From assembly GCA_035650475.1 (NCBI GenBank), contig DASRHP010000012.1, positions 110,059 through 174,058 of the forward strand: a DNA stretch of 64,000 bases, read 5' to 3'. Positions within the stretch are counted from its first letter, which is position 1, and the number at the start of each line of letters is the position of its first letter. The position numbers and the translations under genes were made by a program. Under the pieces are notes generated by a model. It had not been told where the DNA came from. It did not search any database and was given only the letters and a program-made list of their open reading frames with translations. Below, piece after piece: positions 41,104 to 51,500 of this stretch. Source of the DNA: Candidatus Binataceae bacterium. Its GTDB lineage: Bacteria > Desulfobacterota > Binatia > Binatales > Binataceae.

Positions 41104-41585
41104 ACCGCCGCGCATGGCTCGTTGCGCTTGCGGCGCTCGCGACGACGGCGGTCGCGAGCGTGGCGCGCGCCGACGGGCAGGGCATCTTCGTCAGCAACTG
41201 CGCGGTATGCCATCAAGCCGACGGCAACGGCGTTGCGGGGGTGTATCCGCCGCTGGCCGGCTCGGTCGGCCGCTACGTGACGCTCAAGGGTGGCCGCGCC
41301 TACCTCATCCATGTGCTCTCCAACGGGATGGGCGGCAAAATCCAGGTCGGCAGCGAAAGCTTCGAGGGCGATATGCCTCCTTGGCCGCAGTTCAACGACC
41401 AGCAGATGGCCGATGTGCTCGACTATGTGCTGACCGGGCTCAACGCCAAACTGCTGCCCAAGGACTTCAAGCCGATTACCGCCGCTGAGGTGCACGCCGA
41501 ACGCGCCAAACAGTTCTCCTCAGAGCAGCTCCATGCGCAGCGAGACGCGCTGCTCAAGGCGCTCGGCGCCAAGGCGGCGAGGTGA
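41031..41585 (+). CDS. mono-heme class I cytochrome c (start uncertain; the annotated ATG overlaps the mauA 3' end by 73 nt)
   Basis: Signal-like segment AWLVALAALATTAVASVARA followed by CAVCH. Paralog of the next gene (LPKDFKPITAAEV vs LPEDFKPYTADEV). Confidence 0.6.
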   Translation: MLRNQAFKLRRQLHDRGQTRAQDLNRRAWLVALAALATTAVASVARADGQGIFVSNCAVCHQADGNGVAGVYPPLAGSVGRYVTLKGGRAYLIHVLSNGMGGKIQVGSESFEGDMPPWPQFNDQQMADVLDYVLTGLNAKLLPKDFKPITAAEVHAERAKQFSSEQLHAQRDALLKALGAKAAR

Positions 41586-41599
41586 CCGTGCAGGATTCG

Positions 41600-42085
41600 A
41601 TGAAGCCCCGCGCGCGCGCCGCCGCTGTCGCCGTGCTCGCAATGCTCGCCGTCGGGGCTCCCGTATTCGCCGGCGGTTCGCCCGCTGAGTTGTACACGCT
41701 CAACTGCTGGGGTTGCCATAAGCCGCATGCCGAGGGGATTCCGGGTACGGTGCCGCGCTTGGCGCATTCGATGGGCGATTTCCTTCACGTGCCTGGGGGA
41801 CGCGCCTATCTCGTTCAGGTGCCGGGCGTGGCGACGGCGGCGATGAACGACGCCGAAATCGCCAAGGTGTTGAACTGGCTGCTCGTTACCTTCAACAAGG
41901 ACGAACTGCCCGAGGACTTCAAGCCCTACACGGCCGATGAGGTCGCGCGCTACCGCACCCATCAGTTGATTCGCGTGGTCGAGACCCGTGACGCGCTGGT
42001 CAGAGAGTTGAAAGCCAAGGGAATCGAGGTCCCCGACGATCGCATTTCCGGCGAGCCCGCGGCTGCCACGCCCGCCGAGCCGTAG
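41600..42085 (+). CDS. mono-heme class I cytochrome c (paralog of the preceding gene)
   Basis: Signal peptide followed by CWGCH. C-terminal similarity to the preceding cytochrome. Confidence 0.7.
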   Translation: MKPRARAAAVAVLAMLAVGAPVFAGGSPAELYTLNCWGCHKPHAEGIPGTVPRLAHSMGDFLHVPGGRAYLVQVPGVATAAMNDAEIAKVLNWLLVTFNKDELPEDFKPYTADEVARYRTHQLIRVVETRDALVRELKAKGIEVPDDRISGEPAAATPAEP

Positions 42086-42154
42086 CGCCACGTTTACGGC
42101 CGGGCGCAGGCGGCGCGGTTGAAGCCAAGCCCGCGCGCGCGTCAGTATCGGGCC

Positions 42155-43579
42155 ATGGACGAAGCCAAATTTGCCGCTGCTCTCGGGCGTGCCTGTGCCT
42201 GGGTGGCTCGCTACTTCGAGCATACGCGCGACTATCCGGTGCTCTCGCGGGTCCGCCCGGGCGAGGTCGCCGCGATGCTGCCGGCCGCGATGCCCGAGGA
42301 GGGCGAGGATTTCGACGCCCTGCTCGACGACTTCGAGCGCGTAGTCCTGCCCGGTATCACGCACTGGAACCATCCGCGCTTCTTCGCCTACTTTGCGATC
42401 ACCGGCTCTGAGCCGGCGGTGTTGGCCGAACTGCTGGCGGCGGCGCTCAACGTCAACGGGATGCTGTGGCGGACGTCGCCGGCGGCGACCGAGATCGAAG
42501 AGGTCGCACTCGGATGGCTGCGCGACGCGCTTGGCCTGCCGCGCAACTTCTTCGGCGTCGTCTATGACACCGCCAGCGTTTCAGGCCTGCATGCGCTTGC
42601 CGCCGCTCGGGAGGCTCTCGACCTCGACGTACGCAACGCCGGCATCGCCGGGCGCGAGCTGCCGCGGCTGCGCGTCTACTGCACCGACCAGACCCATTCG
42701 CACATCGAGAAGGACGCGATCCTGCTCGGCGTCGGACGTGACAATGTAGTCAAGGTCGCAACCGATAGGGCTTTCAGGATGGATCCGGCGGTGCTCGACC
42801 GCGCGCTGGTCGAAGACCGCACGCGCGGATTTCTGCCGATGGCGGTTGTGGCGACGGTCGGCACGACCTCGACCACCTCGGTCGATCCGGTTCCGGCGAT
42901 CGCAGCGGTCTGCCGCACGCATCGCGTATGGATGCACGTGGACGCCGCCTATGCCGGCCCGGCGGCAATTGTGCCGGAGCTGCGATGGCTGCTGGACGGC
43001 ACGGCGGGGGCCGATTCGGTGGTCGTCAATCCGCACAAGTGGATGTTCGTGCCGATCGATCTGTCGGTGCTTTACACGCCCCACGAGGCCTTGCTGCGCC
43101 GCGCTTTCAGCCTCGTCCCCGCCTACCTCGAGACGCCCGAGAGCGATGTGCGCAATTACATGGACTACGGAGTTCAGCTCGGCCGGCGCTTTCGCGGGCT
43201 GAAACTATGGTTCGTGCTGCGCGCCTACGGCAGACGCCGTATCGTCGAGCATCTGCGCAACCACGTCGCGTGGACGCAGGAGCTGGCGCAATGGATCGAG
43301 GCGGCGGGCGATTTCGAGCTACTCGCGCCGCATCCGCTCTCGGTGGTCTGCTTCCGCCACCTGCCGGAACGATTGAAGGGCGACGGCGACGCCGCGCTTG
43401 ACGAGCACAATCAGCGGGTGGTCGAAGAGATCAACCGCAGCGGCTTCGCCTATCTCTCGACCACGCGGCTCGGCGGGCGGCTCGCGATCCGGTTCGCGAT
43501 CGGCAACGCGCGCACCACGCGCGAGGATGTGCGCGAGACCTGGGCGCTCGTGCTGCGCACCGCCCGCGCCGTCGTTTGA
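42155..43579 (+). CDS. group II PLP-dependent decarboxylase (aromatic-L-amino-acid / tyrosine decarboxylase family)
   Basis: HWNHPRFFAYF, the PLP-lysine region NPHKWMFVPIDLSVLY, and HVDAAYAG. Confidence 0.8.
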   Translation: MDEAKFAAALGRACAWVARYFEHTRDYPVLSRVRPGEVAAMLPAAMPEEGEDFDALLDDFERVVLPGITHWNHPRFFAYFAITGSEPAVLAELLAAALNVNGMLWRTSPAATEIEEVALGWLRDALGLPRNFFGVVYDTASVSGLHALAAAREALDLDVRNAGIAGRELPRLRVYCTDQTHSHIEKDAILLGVGRDNVVKVATDRAFRMDPAVLDRALVEDRTRGFLPMAVVATVGTTSTTSVDPVPAIAAVCRTHRVWMHVDAAYAGPAAIVPELRWLLDGTAGADSVVVNPHKWMFVPIDLSVLYTPHEALLRRAFSLVPAYLETPESDVRNYMDYGVQLGRRFRGLKLWFVLRAYGRRRIVEHLRNHVAWTQELAQWIEAAGDFELLAPHPLSVVCFRHLPERLKGDGDAALDEHNQRVVEEINRSGFAYLSTTRLGGRLAIRFAIGNARTTREDVRETWALVLRTARAVV

Positions 43580-44112
43580 AAGCCGCGCTGGTTACGGCTC
43601 CGGTTTAACAGCGGTTGGGAAAGTCAGGGGAAATTATGGTGAGGAATAGCCGCGATCTTTGCCTATTTGGTGAAATCATAGGCGAAACGAGGTCTAGTTC
43701 GATGAAAATGAACCAAGAGCGTCTTCAGAATTCGCGCGAACCGTTAGGTTCTACAGCTTCATCCGGGCTGTTTCGGACGTTCCGGATGGTTTTGCGATGC
43801 TCGATCTGGTTACTCAACCAGGGTTCGGAGAGTTGAACAGAGATTAGGCGAGAGCTTCTCTGCAAAGCCGGCGCCGCGGCAAAATTGGAGCGTATAGCAT
43901 TAATCCGAGTATTCGAGCATGGCAGTGCGACTTACTTGACTCGTTCGCACCGCTCGAGCCCTTTGAGCGCTCGCCCTAATCCTATCGGGTTAGAGATAAA
44001 CGTCACCCCTGTAAAGCAGCGGATTATTTAAGATTCAAGCCCATGCCGGATGGCGAAAAATGAGTCAATAGGGAACTAATCTGACGATTTCAAGTAATTA
44101 AGACAGGGCATA

Positions 44113-44140
44113 TTGACAGTCGGCCGCTATCGCTTAATAC
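44113..44140 (+). promoter_or_regulatory. sigma70-like promoter (TTGACA-N16-TAATAC) in an AT-rich island upstream of the Crp/Fnr gene
   Basis: Near-consensus -35 and -10 hexamers with 16-nt spacing, about 200 nt upstream of the ATG at 44340, in a 48%-GC region of a 70%-GC genome. Confidence 0.35.
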
Positions 44141-44339
44141 GGGGCAAGAGGGCTTAGTTCGCTACGGCGTTCCTCAGCGAAGCCGTCCGCCATAGCCCAC
44201 GAGGCCAGGAAGTTGAGGCTGAGGGGGTGAACCCAGTCATTGGTAAGGCGCCCGGCCCGGGCAACGCGAGCGGATCGTCAAAGGCCGGGCCATTTGCAGG
44301 CAGGTAGGCAGGCGGCGCCACTCTGCCGGGGGGATCGTC

Positions 44340-45146
44340 ATGGCCGTACTCAATTCGTTGACCGAAGAAGGCAACCGTGCGCTGTGGCGGATCAGGCAAG
44401 CCGGCCTGCCCGCGGAGTTCGTCGATGAACTCATCGGCGACAACCTTATCGCGCGCTATGCGAAACGGTTTCGGCTGTTTCTTCAGGGTGCGCCGGCCGA
44501 CGTCCTGATGTTGATCATCAACGGCGTGGTCAAGGTCCATTGTACGCAGCCCGACGGTCGCAGATTCATGGTCGAGCTGGCGGGACCCGGCGACCTCATC
44601 GGTTACGTCGATTTGCTCGACGCTCGCGGCCGCCATTGCCAAGCATTCGAAGCCCAGGCCTTGACCAACTGCGCTGTGGCTCTAATTACGCGTCAGCGAA
44701 TCCTCAAGCTGATCGAAGCTGCCGACCATAGCTTGCTGGTCAGTTTGTTCGAGCGGCTCAACAGCTTCTGGGCTGCCACCGTCCATCACTACGCCTCGCT
44801 CATGACCCTGTCCTACCGTGAACGGCTGGAAGCCAAGCTCGCCGAGGTCGCCTCGCGCTTTGGCGTGCGTGACGCCCGCGGCACGATGCTCACCCTGGAA
44901 TTGGGCCACGACGATTGGGCCGACATGATCGGCAGCTCGCGCCCGATGGTGAGCAGGCTTATCGCCGAAATGATCGAGAACACTGTACTCGCGCGTGAAG
45001 GCAAGCATTACATCCTGCTCGGCCATCAGGGACTCGACAAGCCGAGCTTCCAACTGCCGCGCGCGGAGGCGGAAACGGCCGGCAGGCGCAGTCCGATGCA
45101 CAAGCTGGATCGTTCCGCCCTTCGTCCGGCGCGTCTTTCGTCCTAA
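44340..45146 (+). CDS. Crp/Fnr family transcriptional regulator
   Basis: cNMP-binding-like beta-roll (GDLIGYVDLLD) and a C-terminal HTH (WADMIGSSRPMVSRLIAEM). Confidence 0.8.
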   Translation: MAVLNSLTEEGNRALWRIRQAGLPAEFVDELIGDNLIARYAKRFRLFLQGAPADVLMLIINGVVKVHCTQPDGRRFMVELAGPGDLIGYVDLLDARGRHCQAFEAQALTNCAVALITRQRILKLIEAADHSLLVSLFERLNSFWAATVHHYASLMTLSYRERLEAKLAEVASRFGVRDARGTMLTLELGHDDWADMIGSSRPMVSRLIAEMIENTVLAREGKHYILLGHQGLDKPSFQLPRAEAETAGRRSPMHKLDRSALRPARLSS

Positions 45147-45187
45147 ACCGGAGCACTGACCCGACAAGGCTTTGCGCCGTAAAAGTT

Positions 45188-45433
45188 TTACAGCGCGGCG
45201 CGGCCGGGCCAGCCCGGCACCGTGATCAGGCGCAGAAGAGTGCCGGCCAGCATGTGCATCAGGAGGGCGATAAAGAGGGTCACGACCAGGATGGTCAGCC
45301 CGTATTCCACCGCATAACGCAGCAGGGGAAAGAGACCGGGCGCGAGCGGCCGTGCGGCGAGCGCGCGGGTCGGGCTTCCGCTCTTCGCCCGTGAAGGCCT
45401 GGAAAAGGCCCGCCTGGGGTAATCGTTCGCCAT
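45188..45433 (-). CDS. possible small membrane protein (weak)
   Basis: The only part of the 196-aa ORF with a coherent hydrophobic helix (YGLTILVVTLFIALLMHMLAGTLL). No family recognised. Confidence 0.2.
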   Translation of the reverse strand: MANDYPRRAFSRPSRAKSGSPTRALAARPLAPGLFPLLRYAVEYGLTILVVTLFIALLMHMLAGTLLRLITVPGWPGRAAL

Positions 45434-45862
45434 CACACGTTGCGCAGATCGCAGCCGCACGCTTGATGACGCAAGACGTATACCCGCATCAAACGCCCGC
45501 ATGCTGCAGCGCAATTCGCATATTCCCCCGAGGGCGTGCATCTTGAGACAACCACCTGCTCTGCCTTGATACGCAAAGAGCGACCGCCGCAGACAACCCT
45601 TCCTCGCGCGACGCATAGGCGGCGGAACCGCTTCGCGCGTACGCGTCGCATACACGTCGAGTGGTCCTCCCGCTGTGAGAGGCGAGGCGGTGATTAAGAC
45701 CGGAAAAGTTGTGACCTTTGGGGCCAACTCTGCATCCGCCGGCGCCACCGTTGCTGTCGGCGGGTAACGGAGCGCCATTCTTTTCCGTGGCCCCTCAGTT
45801 GCACATTTCGCAAGGGGCGCGTCGCGCTATCGCGGGAGAACGCAGCCCCTGGAGGCCTGCAT

Positions 45863-46096
45863 ATGTCCGTTGAACGCTGGATTCGGCTGATCGCGGGCAG
45901 CTTCATCGTTGCCAGCGTGGCGCTGAGCTATTTTCACAGCCGCCTGTGGCTGTGGTTCACGCTGTTCGTCGGTCTCAACCTGTTCCAGTCGGCCCTGACG
46001 CGCTGGTGCCTGATGGAGGATATCCTGCGCAAGCTCGGCGTGGGCGTGCCGGCGCCCGCCGGCCCGCCGTCGCGACCGGCCGGCGCCGCCTCCTGA
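45863..46096 (+). CDS. DUF2892 (YgaP-like) small inner-membrane protein
   Basis: MSVERWIRLIAG...LWLWFTLFVGLNLFQSALTRWC is the DUF2892 signature. Confidence 0.7.
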   Translation: MSVERWIRLIAGSFIVASVALSYFHSRLWLWFTLFVGLNLFQSALTRWCLMEDILRKLGVGVPAPAGPPSRPAGAAS

Positions 46097-46107
46097 GCGA
46101 GCGCGTG

Positions 46108-47466
46108 ATGCTGCGGCAGACGATGGTGCTTGCCCTGCTCGGAGCCCTGTGCACCGCGGCGCTTGCCGCCGACAGCGTTCCGCGCAGGCTCTCGCTGGAC
46201 GAGTCGATCGCGATCGCGCTGCGTAAAAACCGCACCCTGATGGCCGCCGTGCTCGACCATGCGGCAGCGCAGGCGGACGCCGGTGTTGCGCGGGGCGCGA
46301 TGCTGCCGCGGCTCGATGCGGGCGAGAACCTCTCGTACACCGACAATCCGGTCCAGGCCTTTTCCGACCTTCTGCTCCAGCAGGAGTTCGCCCAGGCCGA
46401 CTTCGCGCCCAGCCGGCTCAACCATCCGGGTTTCCTGGCAAACTTTCAGAGCCAGGTGCGGCTGTCGTTTCCGCTGTTTGCCGGCGGTCGCCTGCTCGCC
46501 GCCTACCGCGGGGCAGGGTTTGTCGCCGACGCCATGCGCTGGCAGGCGATTGAGGCCCGTCAGCGCGTGGAATTCGCCGTCGTCGAGGCCTACTACGCGG
46601 CAGTGCTCGCCGAGCAGCGGATCGCCATGGTTGACCGCGCGCTCGCCGCTGCGCGGGCCCATCTCAGGCAGGCCGAGGACCTATTCGGCCACGGGATGGC
46701 GGTCAATTCTGACGTCCTGCGGACGCGGGTGATGGTCGGCAGCCTCGAAGAGCAGCGAATCGAAGCCGAAAGCGAGATGCACGTTGGATGGGCCGCCCTC
46801 GCGCATGCGCTGGGCGACGAGGACGAGCGGATAGCGCCGCTTCGCAATCCCGTCGAGCTGCAGGCCGTCGCCCAGGCCGCCAGCCCGCTCGATGCCCTGG
46901 TCAAGCAGGCGCTTGCGCGCCGGCCGGAGATCAAGGTTGTCGACGCCCGCGTCAAGGAGGCCGACGAGGCGGTGACGGTTGCGCGTTCCGACTATCTGCC
47001 CACGATCGAAGTCGCTGGCGTGTACGAAAACGACTCCGAACGCCTGCTGCGCGCGGGCAACAACGGCGCACTGCTCGTCACCGGACGGCTTAACCTGTTC
47101 CACGGGATGGCCACGCGTTCGAAAGTCGACGCGGCCGAGGACAGGCTTGCACGTGCGCGAGTGCTCGGCCAGGAGCTGCGCCATGCGGTGGCGCTCGAGG
47201 TCGAAAGCGCATGGCGCAGGCTTGCCGCGGCGACGAAAGCCCTAGAGGTGGCCAGGCGCAATACCGCGTATGCCGACTCCGCGCTCAAGATCCTCGAAGA
47301 CCGCTATGCCTCTGGGCTCGCCACCAACGTTGCGGTGCTCGATGCGCAGACGACGCGTGAGGAGGCCGACCTTCGGCTCGTGAGCGCGCGGGTCGCAGTG
47401 GCGGTCGATCGCGCCGCGCTCAACCTCGCCGTCGGCGCCGAGCCGCAAAGAGCGACGGAACGCTGA
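46108..47466 (+). CDS. TolC-family outer-membrane efflux protein
   Basis: Signal peptide and two OEP repeats with coiled-coil segments. Confidence 0.8.
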   Translation: MLRQTMVLALLGALCTAALAADSVPRRLSLDESIAIALRKNRTLMAAVLDHAAAQADAGVARGAMLPRLDAGENLSYTDNPVQAFSDLLLQQEFAQADFAPSRLNHPGFLANFQSQVRLSFPLFAGGRLLAAYRGAGFVADAMRWQAIEARQRVEFAVVEAYYAAVLAEQRIAMVDRALAAARAHLRQAEDLFGHGMAVNSDVLRTRVMVGSLEEQRIEAESEMHVGWAALAHALGDEDERIAPLRNPVELQAVAQAASPLDALVKQALARRPEIKVVDARVKEADEAVTVARSDYLPTIEVAGVYENDSERLLRAGNNGALLVTGRLNLFHGMATRSKVDAAEDRLARARVLGQELRHAVALEVESAWRRLAAATKALEVARRNTAYADSALKILEDRYASGLATNVAVLDAQTTREEADLRLVSARVAVAVDRAALNLAVGAEPQRATER

Positions 47467-47468
47467 CG

Positions 47469-48566
47469 ATGACGAATCGGCTGGCTATCGTGCGCTTCAG
47501 CCGCCGCCGCTGGTGGTTGGCCGCGACAGCCGCGGCCTGCCTTGCCCTGCTGTGGATCGCGCTGCGCGTGGTCCAAGGCGGCAAGCTTCAGCCGGGATTG
47601 CTCAGCCGACAAGCCGACCAGACGCCCAACCGGCCGCTCGGCACGGTGACGCGCGAGCGGATAACGCTGCGCCACGAGGTGGTCGGTTCGGTCCAGTCGC
47701 GGATGCCGGTTGAAGCCGCAAGCCGCGTGGCCGCGCGCGTGACCGAAGTGAAAGTTCGCGCCGGCGACCGCGTAGGCCGGGGCCAAATACTGGTTGCGCT
47801 CGACGCCGCGGAGCTCCGCGCCAAAGTCGCGCAGGCCGAGGGCGAGCTTGCGGCGGCCAGGGCCGAACTGGCGCGCGCCACCGCCGATCACCAGCGTTTC
47901 GCGGCGCTTTTCAGCCGCGGTTCAGTTACCGCGCACGAGCGCGACGCGGCCGAAGCCGCCTACCGAAGCGCCGCGGGCAGGGCCGCGCAGGCCGCGGCCG
48001 CCGTCAGCGCGGCGCGCGCGGCGCTTGTCTACACCGTTGTGCGCTCGCCGGTCGAGGGCGTGGTCGTCGAGCGGTTGGTCGAGCCGGGCGACATGGCCCT
48101 CGTGGGCAAACCGCTGGTGCGGCTATACGACAACAATGCGCTGCGCGTGGAACTGGCAGTGCCCGAGGATCTCGCGCGCTATTTGGCGGTCGGTACGCCG
48201 CTTGACGTCAGGGTCGACGCCGCCCGCGCTGTCTATCATGCGCAGGTGAGCGAAATCGTTCCCGCGGCCGACCCAGCCAGCCGCAGCTTCCTGGTGCGCG
48301 CCCCGCTGGCCGGCAGAGGCCATCTGCGCCCCGGGATGTTCGCACGGGCGTCGTTCGCCGCGGGCAGCCAGACGCTGCTCACGGTGCCGCGCGCGGCGGT
48401 TGAGCGGATCGGCCAGCTCGACACCGTTCGGGTCGATGCTGACGGGACGATCCAGACCCGGATGGTTTCGCTCGGGCGCGGGCTCGGCGCGCGCGTCGAG
48501 GTGTTGGCCGGATTGCACGAGGGCGACCGTGTCATCCTCGATCACACCCAAGCGGCGGTCCGATGA
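47469..48566 (+). CDS. efflux RND transporter periplasmic adaptor subunit
   Basis: N-terminal TM helix plus coiled-coil hairpin and biotinyl/lipoyl-like and beta-barrel domains (HlyD-family architecture). Confidence 0.8.
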   Translation: MTNRLAIVRFSRRRWWLAATAAACLALLWIALRVVQGGKLQPGLLSRQADQTPNRPLGTVTRERITLRHEVVGSVQSRMPVEAASRVAARVTEVKVRAGDRVGRGQILVALDAAELRAKVAQAEGELAAARAELARATADHQRFAALFSRGSVTAHERDAAEAAYRSAAGRAAQAAAAVSAARAALVYTVVRSPVEGVVVERLVEPGDMALVGKPLVRLYDNNALRVELAVPEDLARYLAVGTPLDVRVDAARAVYHAQVSEIVPAADPASRSFLVRAPLAGRGHLRPGMFARASFAAGSQTLLTVPRAAVERIGQLDTVRVDADGTIQTRMVSLGRGLGARVEVLAGLHEGDRVILDHTQAAVR

Positions 48567-51500
48567 ACACGAGCGGCGGTGCGGAGAAGCTCGGGCTGAC
48601 GGCGCGCTTCGTCGATCTGTTCCTGGGCTCGAACCTTTCGATGCTGCTGCTATTGGCCTCGCTGGCGGCGGGGGTGGTCGCGCTGTGGGTCACGCCGCGC
48701 GAGGAGGACCCGCAGATCTCGGTGCCGCTGGCCGACATCATCGTGCAGATGCCGGGGGCGAGCGCGGCCGAGGTCGAAAACCTCGTTACCAGCAACCTTG
48801 AGAAGCGCCTGTGGGAGATGGAGGGCGTGCGCCACCTCTACTCGGTCTCGCGGCCGGGGATGGCGCTGGTCACGGTCCGGTTTCGCGTCGGCTACGACAA
48901 GATCCGCAGCCTCGTCCAGATCTATAACAAACTGGAATCCAACCGCGACGCGGTGCCGCCCGGCGTGAGCGGATGGATCGTCAAGCCGGTGGGGATCGAC
49001 GACGTGCCGATTCTGACCGTGACGCTGTGGAGCGCGACTCACAGCGATGCCGCGCTGCGCCGCGTCGCCGACGAGATTCTCCATCGGATGCAAGAGGTGC
49101 CGGACACCGGGCGCTCGTTCGTGGTGGGCGGGCGGCCGCGCCAGGTCCGGGTCTTGCTCGACCCCGAGCGGCTGGCCGGCCACGGGCTGGCTCCGCTCGA
49201 GATCGCGCGGGCGCTGCGCGGCGCCGATGCCAATCTGCGCGCCGGCAGCTTTGCGCATGGCAACCGCGAGTACGTGCTCGACAGTGGTCCGTTCCTCACC
49301 AGCTCGCGCGAGGTCGCCAACCTGGTGGTCGCGGTGCGCAACGGCCATCCGGTCTATCTGCGGGAGGTTGCGCAGGTTATGGACGGCCCCGCCGAGCCCG
49401 CTGCGTATACCGCGATCGGTTTCGGCCCCGCGCGCGAGCGGCTGCTCACCGAACGCGGCCAGTTGAAGCTGACGTCGGTCGGCGAGCCGCGACGGCTTTA
49501 CCCGGCGGTCACGCTAGCGTTTGCCAAGCGCCACGGCACCAACGCGGTTGCCGTCGCCGAGGGCTTGATCGCCAGGGTCGAGGCGCTCAAGGGCGTGGCC
49601 ATCCCCTCGGACGTCGGTGTGCTGGTGACCCGCAACTACGGCGAGACCGCCGACGAGAAGGTCAACGAGCTGGTGCGCGAGCTGATGATCGCGGTTGCGA
49701 TCATTGTCGGGTTGCTGGCCTTTTCGCTGGGCGTGCGCGAGGCCTTGATCGTGGCGATTGCGGTGCCGATCACGCTGGCGATCACGCTGGTTGGCAACCT
49801 GCTCGCCGGCTACACCATCAATCGGGTTACACTGTTCGCGCTGATCCTGTCATTGGGCCTGCTAGTGGACGACCCGATCGTCGACGTGGAGAATATCCAT
49901 CGCCATTTCCGCCTCGGAGACCATCCCCCGCGCGAGGCGACGCTGATCGCGGTTGACGAGGTCCGCCCGCCGACCATCCTGGCGACCTTCACCGTAATCG
50001 CGTCGTTCATCCCGATGCTGTTCGTGACCGGGATGATGGGGCCGTACATGCGGCCGATGCCGTTCAACGTGCCGCTGGCGATGCTGATGTCGCTGGTTGT
50101 CGCCTTCACCATCACGCCATGGGCCGCCTATCGCCTGCTGCGCCGCGAATACGCGCCCGGCGGTGACGGCCAGCAGCGCGCCGACGAGGGTGCGACGGTC
50201 CGCCGATGGTACGGCGCCATCCTGCGCCCGCTGCTCGAAAGTCGCCGGCGCGCGCGGCTGTTCCTGTTCGCGATGGGCGGCGCGTTCGCCCTCTCGATCC
50301 TGCTGGTGGTGTCCGGTCTGGTGCCGGTCAAGATGCTGCCGTTCGACAACAAGAACGAGCTCCAACTGGTGATCGACATGCCCGAGGGGACGCCGCTGGA
50401 GGCGACCGACGCCGCGGTGCGCGACTTCGACGCGCTGCTCGCGCGCGTGCCCGAAGTCACCAGCTTCGAGTCTTACAGCGGCGAACCGTCGCCGTTCGAT
50501 TTCAATGGGATGGTGCGCCACTACTACTTGCGGCGGGCGCCGTGGCAGGCCGATATCCGCGTCAACCTGGCGCCCAAGGGCGAGCGCGCGCAGTCCTCGC
50601 ATCAGATCGCGCTTAGAATCCGGCCGCCGCTGGAGGCGATCGCGCGCGAACACGGCGCCAAGCTGAAGATCGTCGAGATGCCCCCGGGGCCGCCCGTGCT
50701 CGAAACCATCGTCGCCGAGATCTACGGTCCGCCCGAGGCCGAATACGCGCAGCTTATCGCCTACGGCCGCGCGCTGCGCCGCATCTTCGCTCGCACCGGC
50801 GGCCTGGTCGATACCGACGACTTTTCGGTCGCCGCGCAGCCGCGCGTGCTGTTCGTGCTCGACCGCGAGAAGGCCGCGCTCCACGGGGTCAGCACCGCGA
50901 CGGTCGCGCGGACGCTCGGCCTGATGCTCGGCGGTGACGCCGTCGCGACCGTCCATACTGCGACCGAGCGCAATCCGCTGGCGATCGAACTGCGCATGCC
51001 GCGCGCGGCGCGCTCCAGCCTCGAAAGCCTCGCCGCGATCAGGGTGCGTGGCGCGGACGGCGCGATGGTGCCGCTGGGCGAACTCGGCGGGCTGCGCCGC
51101 ACGCTCGAGGAGCAGCCGATCTACCGCAAGGATTTGCGGCCGGTCGCGATGGTGATGGCGGACACGGCGGGGGTGAGCCCGGTCAACGAAGTCCTGTGGC
51201 TCCAGCGCCACACCGCGTCGCTGCTGCCGGCCGGCTACACCATCGAGTGGAGCGGCGAGGGCGAATGGAACATCACGCTGACCGTCTTTCGCGATCTTGG
51301 AATCGCCTTCGGCGCCGCGCTGTTCTTCATCTACGTGCTGCTGGTTGCGCAGACCGAGTCGCTCGCCATGCCGCTCATCATCATGGCTGCGATTCCGCTG
51401 ACCATGGTCGGGATCATGCCCGGCTTCTTCATCCTCGACCTGCTCACCAACCGGCCGGTGGCGGGCTACCCGGATCCCACGTTTTTCACCGCGACCGCTA

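Noticed and set aside
43615-43836. 73-aa ORF inside the AT-rich island
   Set aside because: No RBS and no GC3 bias, in a compositionally foreign region. More likely non-coding.
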